A stretch of DNA of 32,000 nt from positions 2,100,001-2,132,000 of the forward strand of contig NZ_CP011041.1 of the NCBI RefSeq assembly GCF_002310835.1, given 5' to 3'. Position 1 is the first letter of the stretch. The number at the start of each line of letters is the position of its first letter. Made by a program: the position numbers and the translations under genes. A model generated the notes under the pieces. The model was not told the DNA's origin and did no database searches. It worked only from the letters and a program-made list of their open reading frames with translations. Shown one piece after another: positions 23,320 to 32,000 of this stretch. This DNA comes from Pseudoalteromonas tetraodonis (lineage in GTDB: Bacteria; Pseudomonadota; Gammaproteobacteria; Enterobacterales; Alteromonadaceae).

Positions 23320-25710
23320 GTGGAAAAGTTACTTGAACAAATAAAAAAAGGCACCGTTTGGGCATTTCCTGGCGGCGTACATCCTCCTCAGCAGAAATCA
23401 TTATCTAATAGTGCGCCTATAGCCAGACTCCCTTTGCCTGAAAAACTTGTTCTGCCTTTAAAGCAGCACATTGGCGCTAGTGGTAAATTAATAGTTGAAA
23501 AAAACCAGCACGTCTTAAAAGGCCAAGCGTTAACAAAGCCATCAGCTAATTGGTCGGTGCCAATACATGCACCGACTTCCGGCACTATTATTGATATTAC
23601 GCCTATGCCGTCGGCGCACCCTTCGGCATTACCTGAATTAAGCATTATTATTGAGCCCGATGGCAACGATACCTGGTGTGAATTATCGCCTTTAGCAAAC
23701 CCAGCCACTGCATCACACGATGAACTGGTTGATGTTATTCATAATGCGGGTATTTCTGGTATGGGCGGCGCAGGCTTCCCAACCTATGTAAAAGCTGATA
23801 TTAAACAACCTATTGAATTTTTGATTGTTAATGCGGTTGAGTGTGAACCTTACATCACGGCTGACGATACCTTAATGCGTGAGCACGCCGCTGAAATAGT
23901 CAAAGGTATTGAGCTAATGCAGCAGTTACTTAATCCGACGCTGTGTATTATTGGTATTGAAGACAATAAGCCCGAGGCTATCACAGCCATGACAGAAGCG
24001 GCGAATCATAACGAGCATATCTTAATACAAACCGTGCCTACTGTTTACCCTTCTGGCGGTGAAAAACAGCTAATAAAACTGCTCACTAACCGTGAAGTAC
24101 CAAACGGCGGTATCCCAGCTGATATCGGCATTTTAGTACATAACACCGGCACTTTATTTGCGATACAGCAAGCTGTATACGAAGGTAAACCGTTAATTGA
24201 ACGTGTCGTTACCGTTACCGGCAATACTATACATAATCCTGGCAATGTATGGGCGTTATTAGGTACTGAAATTAAGCACTTACTTGATTGCCAAGGTTTT
24301 TCACCGGTGCCACAACAACGCGTGGTCATGGGCGGCCCTATGATGGGCTTTACCTTACCCACAGTTCGTATTGGCGTTGTTAAAACAACAAACTGCATAC
24401 TTGCCCCAGATCATAAGGAATTAGCAGAGCCTGGCCCAGAAAAAGCCTGTATTCGCTGCAGTGCCTGTGCCGATGCCTGCCCTGCCTCGTTATTGCCACA
24501 ACAATTACAATGGTTTGCTAAATCAAAAGAATACGACAAACTCCAAGAGCATAACTTATTTGACTGTATTGAATGTGGTGCCTGTGCCTATGTATGCCCT
24601 AGTGAAATACCACTTGTTCAGTATTATCGCGTTGCAAAAGTTGAAATTAAAGAGCAAATTGCCGAGAAGATAAAATCAGATCGCGCTAAAGAGCGCTTTG
24701 ATGCACGTAAAGCGCGTTTAGAGCAAGAACAAGCTGAGCGAAAAAATCGCCATAAACGTAAACCTGCCCCTAAATCGACCGAAGAGCAGCAAAAAGTAGC
24801 CGATGCCCTTGCCCGCGTTAAAGATAAAACTAGCGATGGTGACAATAAATCAGCTGTAGCAGCGGCAATTGCGCGCGCTAAAGCGAAAAAGCAAGGTGGC
24901 GAACTCGAGCCAGATAACAGTGAAGTTGCAAAAGAGCGCGCAGCACGTAAAGAACAAGCTCGCCTTTACAAAGAGCAAAAGGCACAAAATAATGGTGATG
25001 ACGAGCCTGTAGATGATAAAAAATCAGCCGTTGCTGCCGCTATTGCCCGTGCTAAAGCCAAAAAAGCAGCACAAGCCAATGAACAAGCGCAAAGTGATGA
25101 CACAGAAAGTGAATCGCCAGTCGCTGCCGATGATAAAAAAGCCGCGGTAGCTGCTGCTATCGCCCGTGCAAAAGCTAAAAAGGCAGCACAAGCAAATGAG
25201 CAGACAGCAACTGATGACACTGCAAGTGAATCTCCAGTTGCTGCAGATGATAAAAAAGCTGCCGTCGCTGCCGCTATTGCCCGTGCTAAAGCCAAAAAAG
25301 CAGCACAAGCAAATGAGCAAGCAGTAAGTGATGACGCAGTAAGTGAATCACCTGTCGCTGCCGATGATAAAAAAGCTGCCGTCGCTGCCGCCATTGCCCG
25401 TGCTAAAGCCAAAAAAGCAGCACAAGCTGCTGAGCAAACACAAAGCGATGACGCAATAAGTGAATCACCTGTCGCCGCCGATGATAAAAAAGCCGCCGTG
25501 GCTGCCGCTATTGCCCGTGCTAAAGCCAAAAAAGCAGCACAGGCTGATGAATTAGCAAAACAAAGTGAAAACACTGAGCCACAAAGCAACGATGAATCTT
25601 CAGAAGGCTCACAGCAAACAGCTCAAGAAAAAAAGAAAGCCGCCGTAGCCGCCGCTATTGCTCGCGCTAAAGCTAAAAAGCAACAAAAAGAAGGAAATGA
25701 TCAGTCATGA
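23320..25710 (+). CDS. rnfC: Rnf complex subunit C with an expanded repetitive Ala/Lys-rich C-terminal tail
   Basis: GTG start with GAGG upstream. SGMGGAGFPT NADH/FMN-type motif and two 4Fe-4S motifs (CIRCSACADACP, CIECGACAYVCP). The last roughly 330 aa are low-complexity and contain 7 copies of (A/S)AVAAAIARAKAKK. Confidence 0.93.
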   Translation: MEKLLEQIKKGTVWAFPGGVHPPQQKSLSNSAPIARLPLPEKLVLPLKQHIGASGKLIVEKNQHVLKGQALTKPSANWSVPIHAPTSGTIIDITPMPSAHPSALPELSIIIEPDGNDTWCELSPLANPATASHDELVDVIHNAGISGMGGAGFPTYVKADIKQPIEFLIVNAVECEPYITADDTLMREHAAEIVKGIELMQQLLNPTLCIIGIEDNKPEAITAMTEAANHNEHILIQTVPTVYPSGGEKQLIKLLTNREVPNGGIPADIGILVHNTGTLFAIQQAVYEGKPLIERVVTVTGNTIHNPGNVWALLGTEIKHLLDCQGFSPVPQQRVVMGGPMMGFTLPTVRIGVVKTTNCILAPDHKELAEPGPEKACIRCSACADACPASLLPQQLQWFAKSKEYDKLQEHNLFDCIECGACAYVCPSEIPLVQYYRVAKVEIKEQIAEKIKSDRAKERFDARKARLEQEQAERKNRHKRKPAPKSTEEQQKVADALARVKDKTSDGDNKSAVAAAIARAKAKKQGGELEPDNSEVAKERAARKEQARLYKEQKAQNNGDDEPVDDKKSAVAAAIARAKAKKAAQANEQAQSDDTESESPVAADDKKAAVAAAIARAKAKKAAQANEQTATDDTASESPVAADDKKAAVAAAIARAKAKKAAQANEQAVSDDAVSESPVAADDKKAAVAAAIARAKAKKAAQAAEQTQSDDAISESPVAADDKKAAVAAAIARAKAKKAAQADELAKQSENTEPQSNDESSEGSQQTAQEKKKAAVAAAIARAKAKKQQKEGNDQS
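25012..25545 (+). repeat. In-frame 117-bp (39-aa) tandem repeat inside rnfC: four full units plus a partial fifth
   Basis: Unit starts (GATGATAAAAAA...) are at 25012, 25129, 25246, 25363 and 25480, exactly 117 nt apart. The unit encodes DDKKAAVAAAIARAKAKKAAQANEQxxxDDxxSESPVAA. Diverged single motifs lie at about 24847 and about 25630. Confidence 0.9.
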
Positions 25711-26765
25711 AACTAACCATGGCCAGTTCACCCCACAATCATAGTCACAAATCTGTGACACGTTTAATGTTAACTGTGATTGCGGCCTGTATTCCTGGTG
25801 TTATTGCACAAGTTGTATTTTTTGGTACCGGTGTACTTATCCAATTATTATTAGCGTTAGTGTGTGTAAGCGCATTTGAAGCAGCCATTATGCTAATGCG
25901 TAAGCGCCCTATCTGGCCTTCATTAAGCGATGGCAGCGCATGGCTAACCGGCGTGCTATTAGCGATTAGTGTTCCGCCTTTAGCGCCGTGGTGGGTTATT
26001 GTTATAGGATGTTTGTTTGCCATTGTTATTGTTAAGCAACTTTATGGTGGTTTAGGCTTTAATTTATTTAACCCTGCAATGGCAGCTTATGTACTTTTAT
26101 TAGTGTCGTTCCCTGTGCAAATGACGGCCTGGTTACCCGTTACAGAGTTACTCAATACGGGCATTACTTTTAGCCAGCAACTTAGTCTAATATTTAGCGA
26201 CTTTACAACTCTTGGATATAGCTTAGATCAGCTCAGAGTGGGTATTGATGGCAGCACAATGGCCACCCCTCTTGATACCTTAAAAACAGATATTGCTCAT
26301 AGTCTTACCGTCACTGAAAGTATGCAAAAACCGGTATTTAATGAATGGGTAGGCCTAGGTTGGGGTTGGGTTAATTTAGCCTTTTTACTTGGTGGCCTTT
26401 ATTTATTAAAAACGAAAGTGATTAACTGGCATATACCAGTGAGTTTTATTGCCAGTTTAAGCCTATGCGCTGCAATTGGTTATATTGCCTCGCCAGGCAC
26501 TGAGCCGGGTCTGGTATTTCACTTATTTAGTGGTGCGACTATGCTGGGAGCCTTTTTTATCGCCACCGATCCTGTATCAGCTACGACCACTAATCGAGGC
26601 CGCCTTATTTATGGTGCCGCGATTGGTTTAATTGTGTATTTAATTCGTACATTTGGTGGCTTTCCGGATGCCGTTGCATTTGCCGTATTACTGATCAATA
26701 TTGCAGTTCCGCTTATTGATTACTACACACAACCAAGAACCTATGGCCATGGAGCAGTAAAATGA
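25707..26765 (+). CDS. rnfD: Rnf complex subunit D
   Basis: 352 aa polytopic membrane protein with ATGA overlap with rnfC. It carries the FMN-attachment region (GSTMATPLD) and typical RnfD/NqrB sequence. Confidence 0.95.
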   Translation: MKLTMASSPHNHSHKSVTRLMLTVIAACIPGVIAQVVFFGTGVLIQLLLALVCVSAFEAAIMLMRKRPIWPSLSDGSAWLTGVLLAISVPPLAPWWVIVIGCLFAIVIVKQLYGGLGFNLFNPAMAAYVLLLVSFPVQMTAWLPVTELLNTGITFSQQLSLIFSDFTTLGYSLDQLRVGIDGSTMATPLDTLKTDIAHSLTVTESMQKPVFNEWVGLGWGWVNLAFLLGGLYLLKTKVINWHIPVSFIASLSLCAAIGYIASPGTEPGLVFHLFSGATMLGAFFIATDPVSATTTNRGRLIYGAAIGLIVYLIRTFGGFPDAVAFAVLLINIAVPLIDYYTQPRTYGHGAVK

Positions 26766-27400
26766 TTATTTCTTCAATGGTAAAAAATGGCGCAATATTA
26801 TGCGGCTTCGCACTCCTTACAACAGGGTTAGTGGCCACCATAAACTCGTTAACGGCCGATAAGATTGCAGAGCAAGAGCAACTGCAATTAACTAATCAGT
26901 TACAAGAAGTATTACCGCACAGCAAGTACACTAATGAACTTTCTCAAGATTGTGTGATTATATCAGACCCTTTACTTGGGCCATACGACAACCAAGTAAT
27001 TTACCGTGCACGTAAAGATGACGAGCCCGTTGCATTAGTCATTCGTCATGTCACTCCTAGCGGCTACAGTGGCGATATAAACTTGCTTAGCGCGGTATAT
27101 CGCGATGGCAGCGTTGCTGGTGTAAGGGTTACTAAGCATGAAGAAACCCCTGGTTTGGGCGATAAAGTCGAAATTAAAAAGTCAGACTGGATCACCTCAT
27201 TTAATTCAAAAACAGTACAAAGCGAAAGTGACGCGCGTTGGGCCGTTAAAAAAGATGGCGGTCAGTTTGATCAATTTACTGGCGCAACCATTACGCCTCG
27301 CGCCGTTGTTGGCTCAGTTAAAAATGCGGTAGTGTATGCACAAAATAACTTTGATGATCTTTTTGCAGCAGCGAATGCTTGCCCTGAGGTAACACCATGA
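26762..27400 (+). CDS. rnfG: Rnf complex subunit G (FMN-binding)
   Basis: N-terminal anchor, FMN_bind motif [14 protein letters not shown], and ATGA overlap with rnfD. Confidence 0.92.
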   Translation: MIISSMVKNGAILCGFALLTTGLVATINSLTADKIAEQEQLQLTNQLQEVLPHSKYTNELSQDCVIISDPLLGPYDNQVIYRARKDDEPVALVIRHVTPSGYSGDINLLSAVYRDGSVAGVRVTKHEETPGLGDKVEIKKSDWITSFNSKTVQSESDARWAVKKDGGQFDQFTGATITPRAVVGSVKNAVVYAQNNFDDLFAAANACPEVTP

Positions 27401-28095
27401 GTGAATTAAAAACCCTTTACAAAGAAGGCTTATGGGGAAATAACCCCGCCTTAGTACAGTTATTAGGTTTATGTCCTTTACTTGCTGTTACCTCCACGAT
27501 TACTAATGCGCTAGGTTTAGGCTTAGCAACCTTGTTAGTTTTAGTGGGCTCTAATATTACCGTATCATTTGTGCGCAATTGGGTGCCTAAAGATATCAGA
27601 ATACCGGTTTTTGTAATGATCATTGCCGGTTTTGTGACGATTGTGCAGCTGTTAATGAACGCCTACACTTTTGGCCTTTATCAATCTTTAGGGATTTTCA
27701 TTCCGTTGATTGTGACTAACTGCGCCATTATTGGTCGTGCTGAAGCATTTGCCTCTAAAAATCCAGTGCATTTATCTGCCTTTGATGGCTTGATGATGGG
27801 CTTAGGCTTTATGCTGGTACTAGTTGTACTTGGCGCTATGCGAGAGCTGATTGGCCAAGGCACCTTATTCGATGGCGCCGATTTATTACTCGGTCCTTGG
27901 GCTTCAGCTTTACGCATCGAAGTATTTAGCTTTGATAGCCAGTTTTTACTGGCCATTTTACCACCAGGCGCATTCTTAGGGCTTGGGCTGCTGATCGCCG
28001 CTAAAAACGTCATTGATGCACAAATAAAATCAAAACAAGTAACGCCGCCAGAAGCTGAAAAAGGCCCACGTGCACGTGTTACTAGCTTAACTTAA
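27397..28095 (+). CDS. rnfE: Rnf complex subunit E
   Basis: 232 aa; [16 protein letters not shown] and [11 protein letters not shown] motifs (RnfA/E family). ATGA overlap with rnfG. Confidence 0.95.
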   Translation: MSELKTLYKEGLWGNNPALVQLLGLCPLLAVTSTITNALGLGLATLLVLVGSNITVSFVRNWVPKDIRIPVFVMIIAGFVTIVQLLMNAYTFGLYQSLGIFIPLIVTNCAIIGRAEAFASKNPVHLSAFDGLMMGLGFMLVLVVLGAMRELIGQGTLFDGADLLLGPWASALRIEVFSFDSQFLLAILPPGAFLGLGLLIAAKNVIDAQIKSKQVTPPEAEKGPRARVTSLT

Positions 28096-28100
28096 GGGGA

Positions 28101-28132
28101 AAACGCATTAACTGAATAAAGCTAATGCGTTT
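28101..28132 (+). terminator. Hairpin between rnfE and nth (possible partial terminator or processing site)
   Basis: AAACGCATTA (28101-28110) / TAATGCGTTT (28123-28132): a 10-bp stem with a 12-nt loop and only a short T-run. nth starts 9 nt later, so read-through is likely. Confidence 0.4.
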
Positions 28133-28140
28133 TAAGTTAC

Positions 28141-28773
28141 ATGAATAAAGAAAAACGTCACCAAATACTCACGCGCTTACGCGACGACAACCCACATCCT
28201 GAAACGGAGCTTGAATACTCAAGCCCGTTTGAGTTACTAGTTGCCGTTACGCTCTCTGCACAAGCCACCGATGTTGGGGTAAATAAAGCCACCCGAAAAC
28301 TCTTTCCAGTGGCAAACACACCGCAAGCTATTTTAGATATTGGCCACGACACACTGCGTGATTATATAAAAACCATCGGGTTGTTTAATTCCAAAGCTGC
28401 GAACGTATACAAAATGTGCCAAATATTGGTAGATCAGCATAACGGTGAAGTGCCAGAGAATCGTGAAGCCCTAGAAGCCCTTCCTGGCGTTGGCCGTAAA
28501 ACTGCTAACGTAGTATTAAATACAGCCTTCGGCTGGCCGACAATTGCAGTTGATACGCATATTTTCCGTGTATCAAACCGTACTAAACTTGCTATGGGTA
28601 AAGACGTGGTTGCGGTTGAGCAAAAGCTCGAAAAGGTGATCCCTAAAGAATTTAAAGTCGATGTACACCACTGGCTGATACTGCATGGTCGTTATGTTTG
28701 TACAGCCCGCAAACCAAAATGCGGCAGTTGTATAATTGAAGATTTGTGTGAGTTTAAAGATAAGACTGAGTAA
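28141..28773 (+). CDS. nth: Endonuclease III (DNA glycosylase/AP lyase)
   Basis: 210 aa with LVAVTLSAQATD, the HhH-GPD region (LPGVGRKTANVVLN...D), and the C-terminal 4Fe-4S loop CTARKPKCGSCIIEDLC. The position after rnfE matches E. coli rsx-nth. Confidence 0.95.
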   Translation: MNKEKRHQILTRLRDDNPHPETELEYSSPFELLVAVTLSAQATDVGVNKATRKLFPVANTPQAILDIGHDTLRDYIKTIGLFNSKAANVYKMCQILVDQHNGEVPENREALEALPGVGRKTANVVLNTAFGWPTIAVDTHIFRVSNRTKLAMGKDVVAVEQKLEKVIPKEFKVDVHHWLILHGRYVCTARKPKCGSCIIEDLCEFKDKTE

Positions 28774-29009
28774 TGTTTAGACTGCTTTGATACGATAACG
28801 GACATTAGCATCAATAGTTTTCAGAGATATTTTTAGTATCCATTAAACGTAGAGCTATCATCATCTTGACAGTCAACTAAGCCGCCACATTGATCATATA
28901 AACTTTAATTAAAAACACCAGTAGAAACTAAGACTTCACTTTAGAATTCATTACTCTAAGATATATAACCCTAATCATAATGAAATAAGGCAATACGTTT
29001 TCTATTATT

Positions 29010-29717
29010 ATGAAAAATCTATTATCCATCCGCTCCTATAGCACAAAGCCAGTTCGTCACTCACATCAATTTAATCAGTTGGTTCTACCTTTACGTGGTG
29101 TCATAAATATATGTGTTGGTGATTTCAATGGAAAAGTTGCACCAAGTGAATGTGTTGTAGTTAAAGCCAACGAAGAGCACCTGTTCACTGCAAACACTGA
29201 AGCTAGGTTTGTAGTCGTAGATATGAAAAATCTTCCGCTAAATATTTCATCTTCACAATGTATTGTTTTTGCAATTAACTCATCTCTTAGAAGTTACTTA
29301 ACTTTTATCGAAAACCAACTAGAAAACAAAGTTAATGCTCAATTAGAACAGGCGATGTTCGAAATGTTCAGCTTACTGCTGGCAGAGCAAACTTTATTAC
29401 CAAAGGTAGATAGTCGCATTGGTACAGCAATATCCTTCATAGAGCAAAATATTGCAGAGCAGCTTCAAATTAAATGTTTAGCTGAATCTGCTTTCCTGAG
29501 TGAAACACAGTTTAAGAAACTATTTAAAATACAAACAGGTATGACCGTGATGAAGTACGTAACAAAACTTCGAATGGAAAAAGCCCAAGCATTACTTACG
29601 CATACAGATTATCCGTTACCAATTATTGGTGAAAAAGTAGGTTATAAAGAACCCTCAGCCTTTAGCCGAAAGTTTTCACAATACTTTGGTCTATCACCAA
29701 CTAAATTCAAAAAGTAA
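29010..29717 (+). CDS. AraC family transcriptional regulator (cupin-like N-terminal domain plus HTH_18)
   Basis: The C-terminal dual HTH (FLSETQFKKLFKIQTGMTVMKYVTKLRMEKAQALL...IGEKVGYKEPSAFSRKFSQYFGLSPTKFK) is the canonical AraC/XylS signature. Confidence 0.85.
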   Translation: MKNLLSIRSYSTKPVRHSHQFNQLVLPLRGVINICVGDFNGKVAPSECVVVKANEEHLFTANTEARFVVVDMKNLPLNISSSQCIVFAINSSLRSYLTFIENQLENKVNAQLEQAMFEMFSLLLAEQTLLPKVDSRIGTAISFIEQNIAEQLQIKCLAESAFLSETQFKKLFKIQTGMTVMKYVTKLRMEKAQALLTHTDYPLPIIGEKVGYKEPSAFSRKFSQYFGLSPTKFKK

Positions 29718-29818
29718 ACTTAGTCGGAATTGTTAACTATTGCGTCTTAATTGTTAAAAACACCCTACATAATTAGCATACTATTTCTATATTGAAGTTA
29801 TTATAAATAAGTCTCATT

Positions 29819-30721
29819 GTGGAAAATCATCACGGAAGTTTTAAAGGTGTAATGGCGATTATTGTTGCTAGTTTCTTGTGGGGGACAACTGGTACTGCTG
29901 CAAGCTACTCCCCAGATGTAAGCTCTTTGGCTATTGGTGCATTCTCTATGGGGATAGGAGGAGTGTTACTTGTAATCACAGCTCGAAAAAAGCTACTTAT
30001 AGATTATAAGCTGATGCTCGAACAGCCTAAAATATTTCTCTTAGGTGTCGCTTCTGTCGCTATTTACCCATTAGCATTCTATACCTCAATGCGCTTATCA
30101 GGTGTTGCCATTGGTACTGTAGTATCTATAGCCACTGCACCTTTTTTTGCTGGAATCCTTGAACGTCTTATTAGCAAAAAGGACATTTCATTGCAATGGA
30201 TGTTGAGCTTTGTCATTGGTGCTATAGGTATTGCTCTGTTAACTTTAGGTAAAGACCAGAGTAATAATAATGCTTACAGTATCAATCAACAGGGTTTGGG
30301 GATTATTTTAGGTTGTATTGCTGGTTTAACTTATGCAGGTTATTCATGGGCGGCAAGGTGTTTAATTGAAAGTGGCGTTCACTCAACATCGTCCATGTCT
30401 GGGCTATTCGGTTGTGCTGCACTATTGTTACTTCCTTCATTATGGTTTACGGGTGATAACTTATTTTCAAGTTCATCTAATGCTTTCGTATCTTTATATA
30501 TGGCAATAATTCCAATGTTTTTAGGATATTTATTATTTGGTTTTGGCTTGAATTATATAGATGCAAGTAAAGCGACATTAATCACCTTAATTGAACCATT
30601 AGTTGCAACTGTTTTAGCTATAGTCATTATTGGGGAAAAATTTAAAGTAATAGGTTGGGCAGGCGTAGCTTTAGTATCACTATGCCTATTGATGCAAACA
30701 ATCAAACCTCAAAAAAACTAA
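29819..30721 (+). CDS. EamA/DMT-superfamily transporter
   Basis: About 10 TM segments in two EamA-like halves. The ORF begins at GTG 29819; ATG 29852 (MAIIVASFLWG, AAGGTG upstream) is a plausible true start. Confidence 0.85.
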   Translation: MENHHGSFKGVMAIIVASFLWGTTGTAASYSPDVSSLAIGAFSMGIGGVLLVITARKKLLIDYKLMLEQPKIFLLGVASVAIYPLAFYTSMRLSGVAIGTVVSIATAPFFAGILERLISKKDISLQWMLSFVIGAIGIALLTLGKDQSNNNAYSINQQGLGIILGCIAGLTYAGYSWAARCLIESGVHSTSSMSGLFGCAALLLLPSLWFTGDNLFSSSSNAFVSLYMAIIPMFLGYLLFGFGLNYIDASKATLITLIEPLVATVLAIVIIGEKFKVIGWAGVALVSLCLLMQTIKPQKN

Positions 30722-30850
30722 GGTTAGCCGTCAAAACAATGTAGATATATAGCCCTAAATATGCTCCTGAATTTGCTAAGGCTTAATGTCAGCATATGGC
30801 TAAAAGCAGTCCATAGGTTTTCCTTTTGCTATCTACCTTAATTATCTTTT

Positions 30851-31093
30851 GGCTGGCCGACTATCGCGGTAGACACGCATATTTTTCGTGTATCTAACCG
30901 TACCAAGCTTGCCATGGGTAAAGACGTGGTAGCGGTTGAGCAAAAGCTCGAAAAAGTGATCCCCAAAGAATTTAAAGTAGACGTGCACCACTGGCTCATT
31001 TTACATGGACGTTATACCTGTGTGGCGCGAAAGCCAAAGTGTGGCAGCTGTATTATTGAAGATTTATGTGAGTTTAAAGATAAGACTGAATAG
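30851..31093 (+). pseudogene. nth: Orphan 3' fragment of an nth allele (last 80 codons plus stop), with no 5' part
   Basis: It aligns without gaps to nth 28531-28773, with about 37 mismatches in 243 nt by hand count. The translation GWPTIAVDTHIFRVSNRTKLAMGKDVVAVEQKLEKVIPKEFKVDVHHWLILHGRYTCVARKPKCGSCIIEDLCEFKDKTE* differs from Nth only at two residues. Similarity continues about 36 nt past the stop (31094-31128 vs 28774-28809). Confidence 0.85.
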
Positions 31094-31297
31094 CTCCCAC
31101 CTGTTAAGATACGAAAGCGTACCTTAGCTTTGGCTTACCCAGTGTCATGTTGCGACATCGCTGGCTTAAGTTGTGTCGATTTCCACCCAAAAAAGAACAG
31201 ATAGGTAGCAAACTGATCTTTTAAATAAATTAACCACAAGATGTGCTTAGTAACTGTCTTCAGTAAATTAATGTTACATCTATATTCTTGCAGGGGG

Positions 31298-31852
31298 TTA
31301 TGAAGCAACCCCACTCTTGAACGATAAAAAAGCTAAATGTGCTGCCTTACCTGAACTGTAATTATCTAGATGACTCATCTTGTAACCTGCGTACAATAAA
31401 CCTTCAAAAAAATAAAAACCCCAATCAACACAGAAGTGCTTACTTAATAACCCCTCATCTTTCGCAAGTTTTATCAATTCTCGTATCTCGTTATCTTGCT
31501 GTTGTATACGAACTTGAAGCTTTTCACTTTTCTGAAACATCTTCTCGAATTTTTGCAAAAAAGCGAATTCCTCGTATAACGGCAAAGTATTTTCGAATAC
31601 AAGCCTAATAGCATCCAATGAGTCTTTAGCTTTATTTTCAACGGACATATTTACTTCATCAAAGCGGTCTAAACAATATAACGCAATCTCTTCTTGAAGC
31701 GCTTCCTTATGCTTAAATTGGCGGTACACCGTTGCTCTACCAACTTCAGCCCTTTTAGCCACGTCAACTAGCGTTGAGTCCTCGTTTTGAATAAACAGTT
31801 TTAACCCCGATTGAATAATTTTTTTTCTCGAATTATTTGTTCTTGCATCCAT
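31298..31852 (-). CDS. TetR/AcrR family transcriptional regulator
   Basis: 184 aa with an N-terminal HTH (IIQSGLKLFIQNEDSTLVDVAKRAEVGRATVYRQFKHKEAL). Confidence 0.85.
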   Translation of the reverse strand: MDARTNNSRKKIIQSGLKLFIQNEDSTLVDVAKRAEVGRATVYRQFKHKEALQEEIALYCLDRFDEVNMSVENKAKDSLDAIRLVFENTLPLYEEFAFLQKFEKMFQKSEKLQVRIQQQDNEIRELIKLAKDEGLLSKHFCVDWGFYFFEGLLYAGYKMSHLDNYSSGKAAHLAFLSFKSGVAS

Positions 31853-31858
31853 TTTATG

Positions 31859-31908
31859 AGACAGTCTTGTATCATCTATTAAGTTCCATTATGATACAGC
31901 AATGTCTC
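31859..31908. promoter_or_regulatory. Nested inverted repeat in the TetR / downstream-gene divergent promoter (candidate TetR operator)
   Basis: GAGACA (31859-31864) N3 TTGTATCAT (31868-31876) N14 ATGATACA (31891-31898) N4 TGTCTC (31903-31908). Confidence 0.4.
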
Positions 31909-31941
31909 AAAAGTTAAAAATGAATTCTGTGGAGCAAGAGA

Positions 31942-32000
31942 GTGAATAGACTAATCGGTATTGACTTTGCAAGAGCGTTAGCGCTCTTTGGTATGGTTAT
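31942..32000 (+). CDS. 5' end of a membrane protein gene (DUF418/acyltransferase-like N-terminus), truncated by the window
   Basis: GTG 31942 with GGAG about 8 nt upstream. It reads VNRLIGIDFARALALFGMV..., a pattern typical of YeiB/DUF418-type proteins. It is divergent from the TetR gene. Only 19 codons are visible. Confidence 0.3.
   Translation, partial: MNRLIGIDFARALALFGMV

Noticed and set aside
24966-25589. Antisense ORFs (207 aa and 98 aa) opposite the rnfC tail, plus 24624..24845
   Set aside because: They are mirror images of the GC-richer Ala/Lys codon repeats of rnfC. The translations are low-complexity (ALARAIAAATAAFLSS repeats), and they lie entirely inside a well-supported gene.
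28774-30850. Calling the AraC/EamA segment a bona fide mobile element (IS, transposon or ICE)
   Set aside because: There is no transposase, integrase, terminal inverted repeats or short target-site duplication. Only the diverged nth direct repeat supports an insertion. It is reported as a finding rather than annotated as a mobile_element.

Overview
This 32-kb window looks like core chromosome of a marine gammaproteobacterium. Gene content and protein sequences look Alteromonadales/Pseudoalteromonas-like, but that attribution is from memory, not a search. Left to right, the backbone is: a truncated MlaC-like gene, a PagL-like lipid A deacylase, a YjiH-like membrane protein, bamC, gcvR-bcp, a tandem-SBP-like secreted protein, divergent queE/queC, and a tightly packed minus-strand operon (MATE efflux, uvrB, SAM methyltransferase, TrmK-like methyltransferase). 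These are followed by a 1-kb ORF-free AT-rich spacer, five tandem tRNA-Asn(GUU) genes, a LapD-like degenerate GGDEF-EAL receptor, the complete rnfABCDGE-nth cluster, an AraC regulator plus an EamA transporter, and a TetR regulator. I found no integrase, transposase, CRISPR array or recognisable defence or toxin genes. Four observations are not explained by ordinary annotation. (1) The last 243 nt of nth plus about 36 nt downstream occur twice as a diverged direct repeat (about 85% nt identity, almost all differences synonymous) bracketing the AraC/EamA cassette. This looks like an insertion scar in nth with no recombinase present. (2) A perfectly homogeneous heptanucleotide array, (AAGGTTC)x79 (553 bp), sits about 65-77 bp upstream of the SBP-like gene. 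(3) That array shares a conserved about 41-nt tail with a smaller (AAGGCTA)x8 array directly after bcp, which suggests a repeat-plus-hairpin module family. (4) An inverted pair of consensus DnaA boxes plus a degenerate third box lies upstream of the MATE-uvrB operon, the same relative location as E. coli DARS1. A trio of small uncharacterised genes (multi-pass membrane protein, small soluble protein, lipoprotein) next to the big repeat is the most accessory-looking coding material. I cannot assign it a function from sequence alone.
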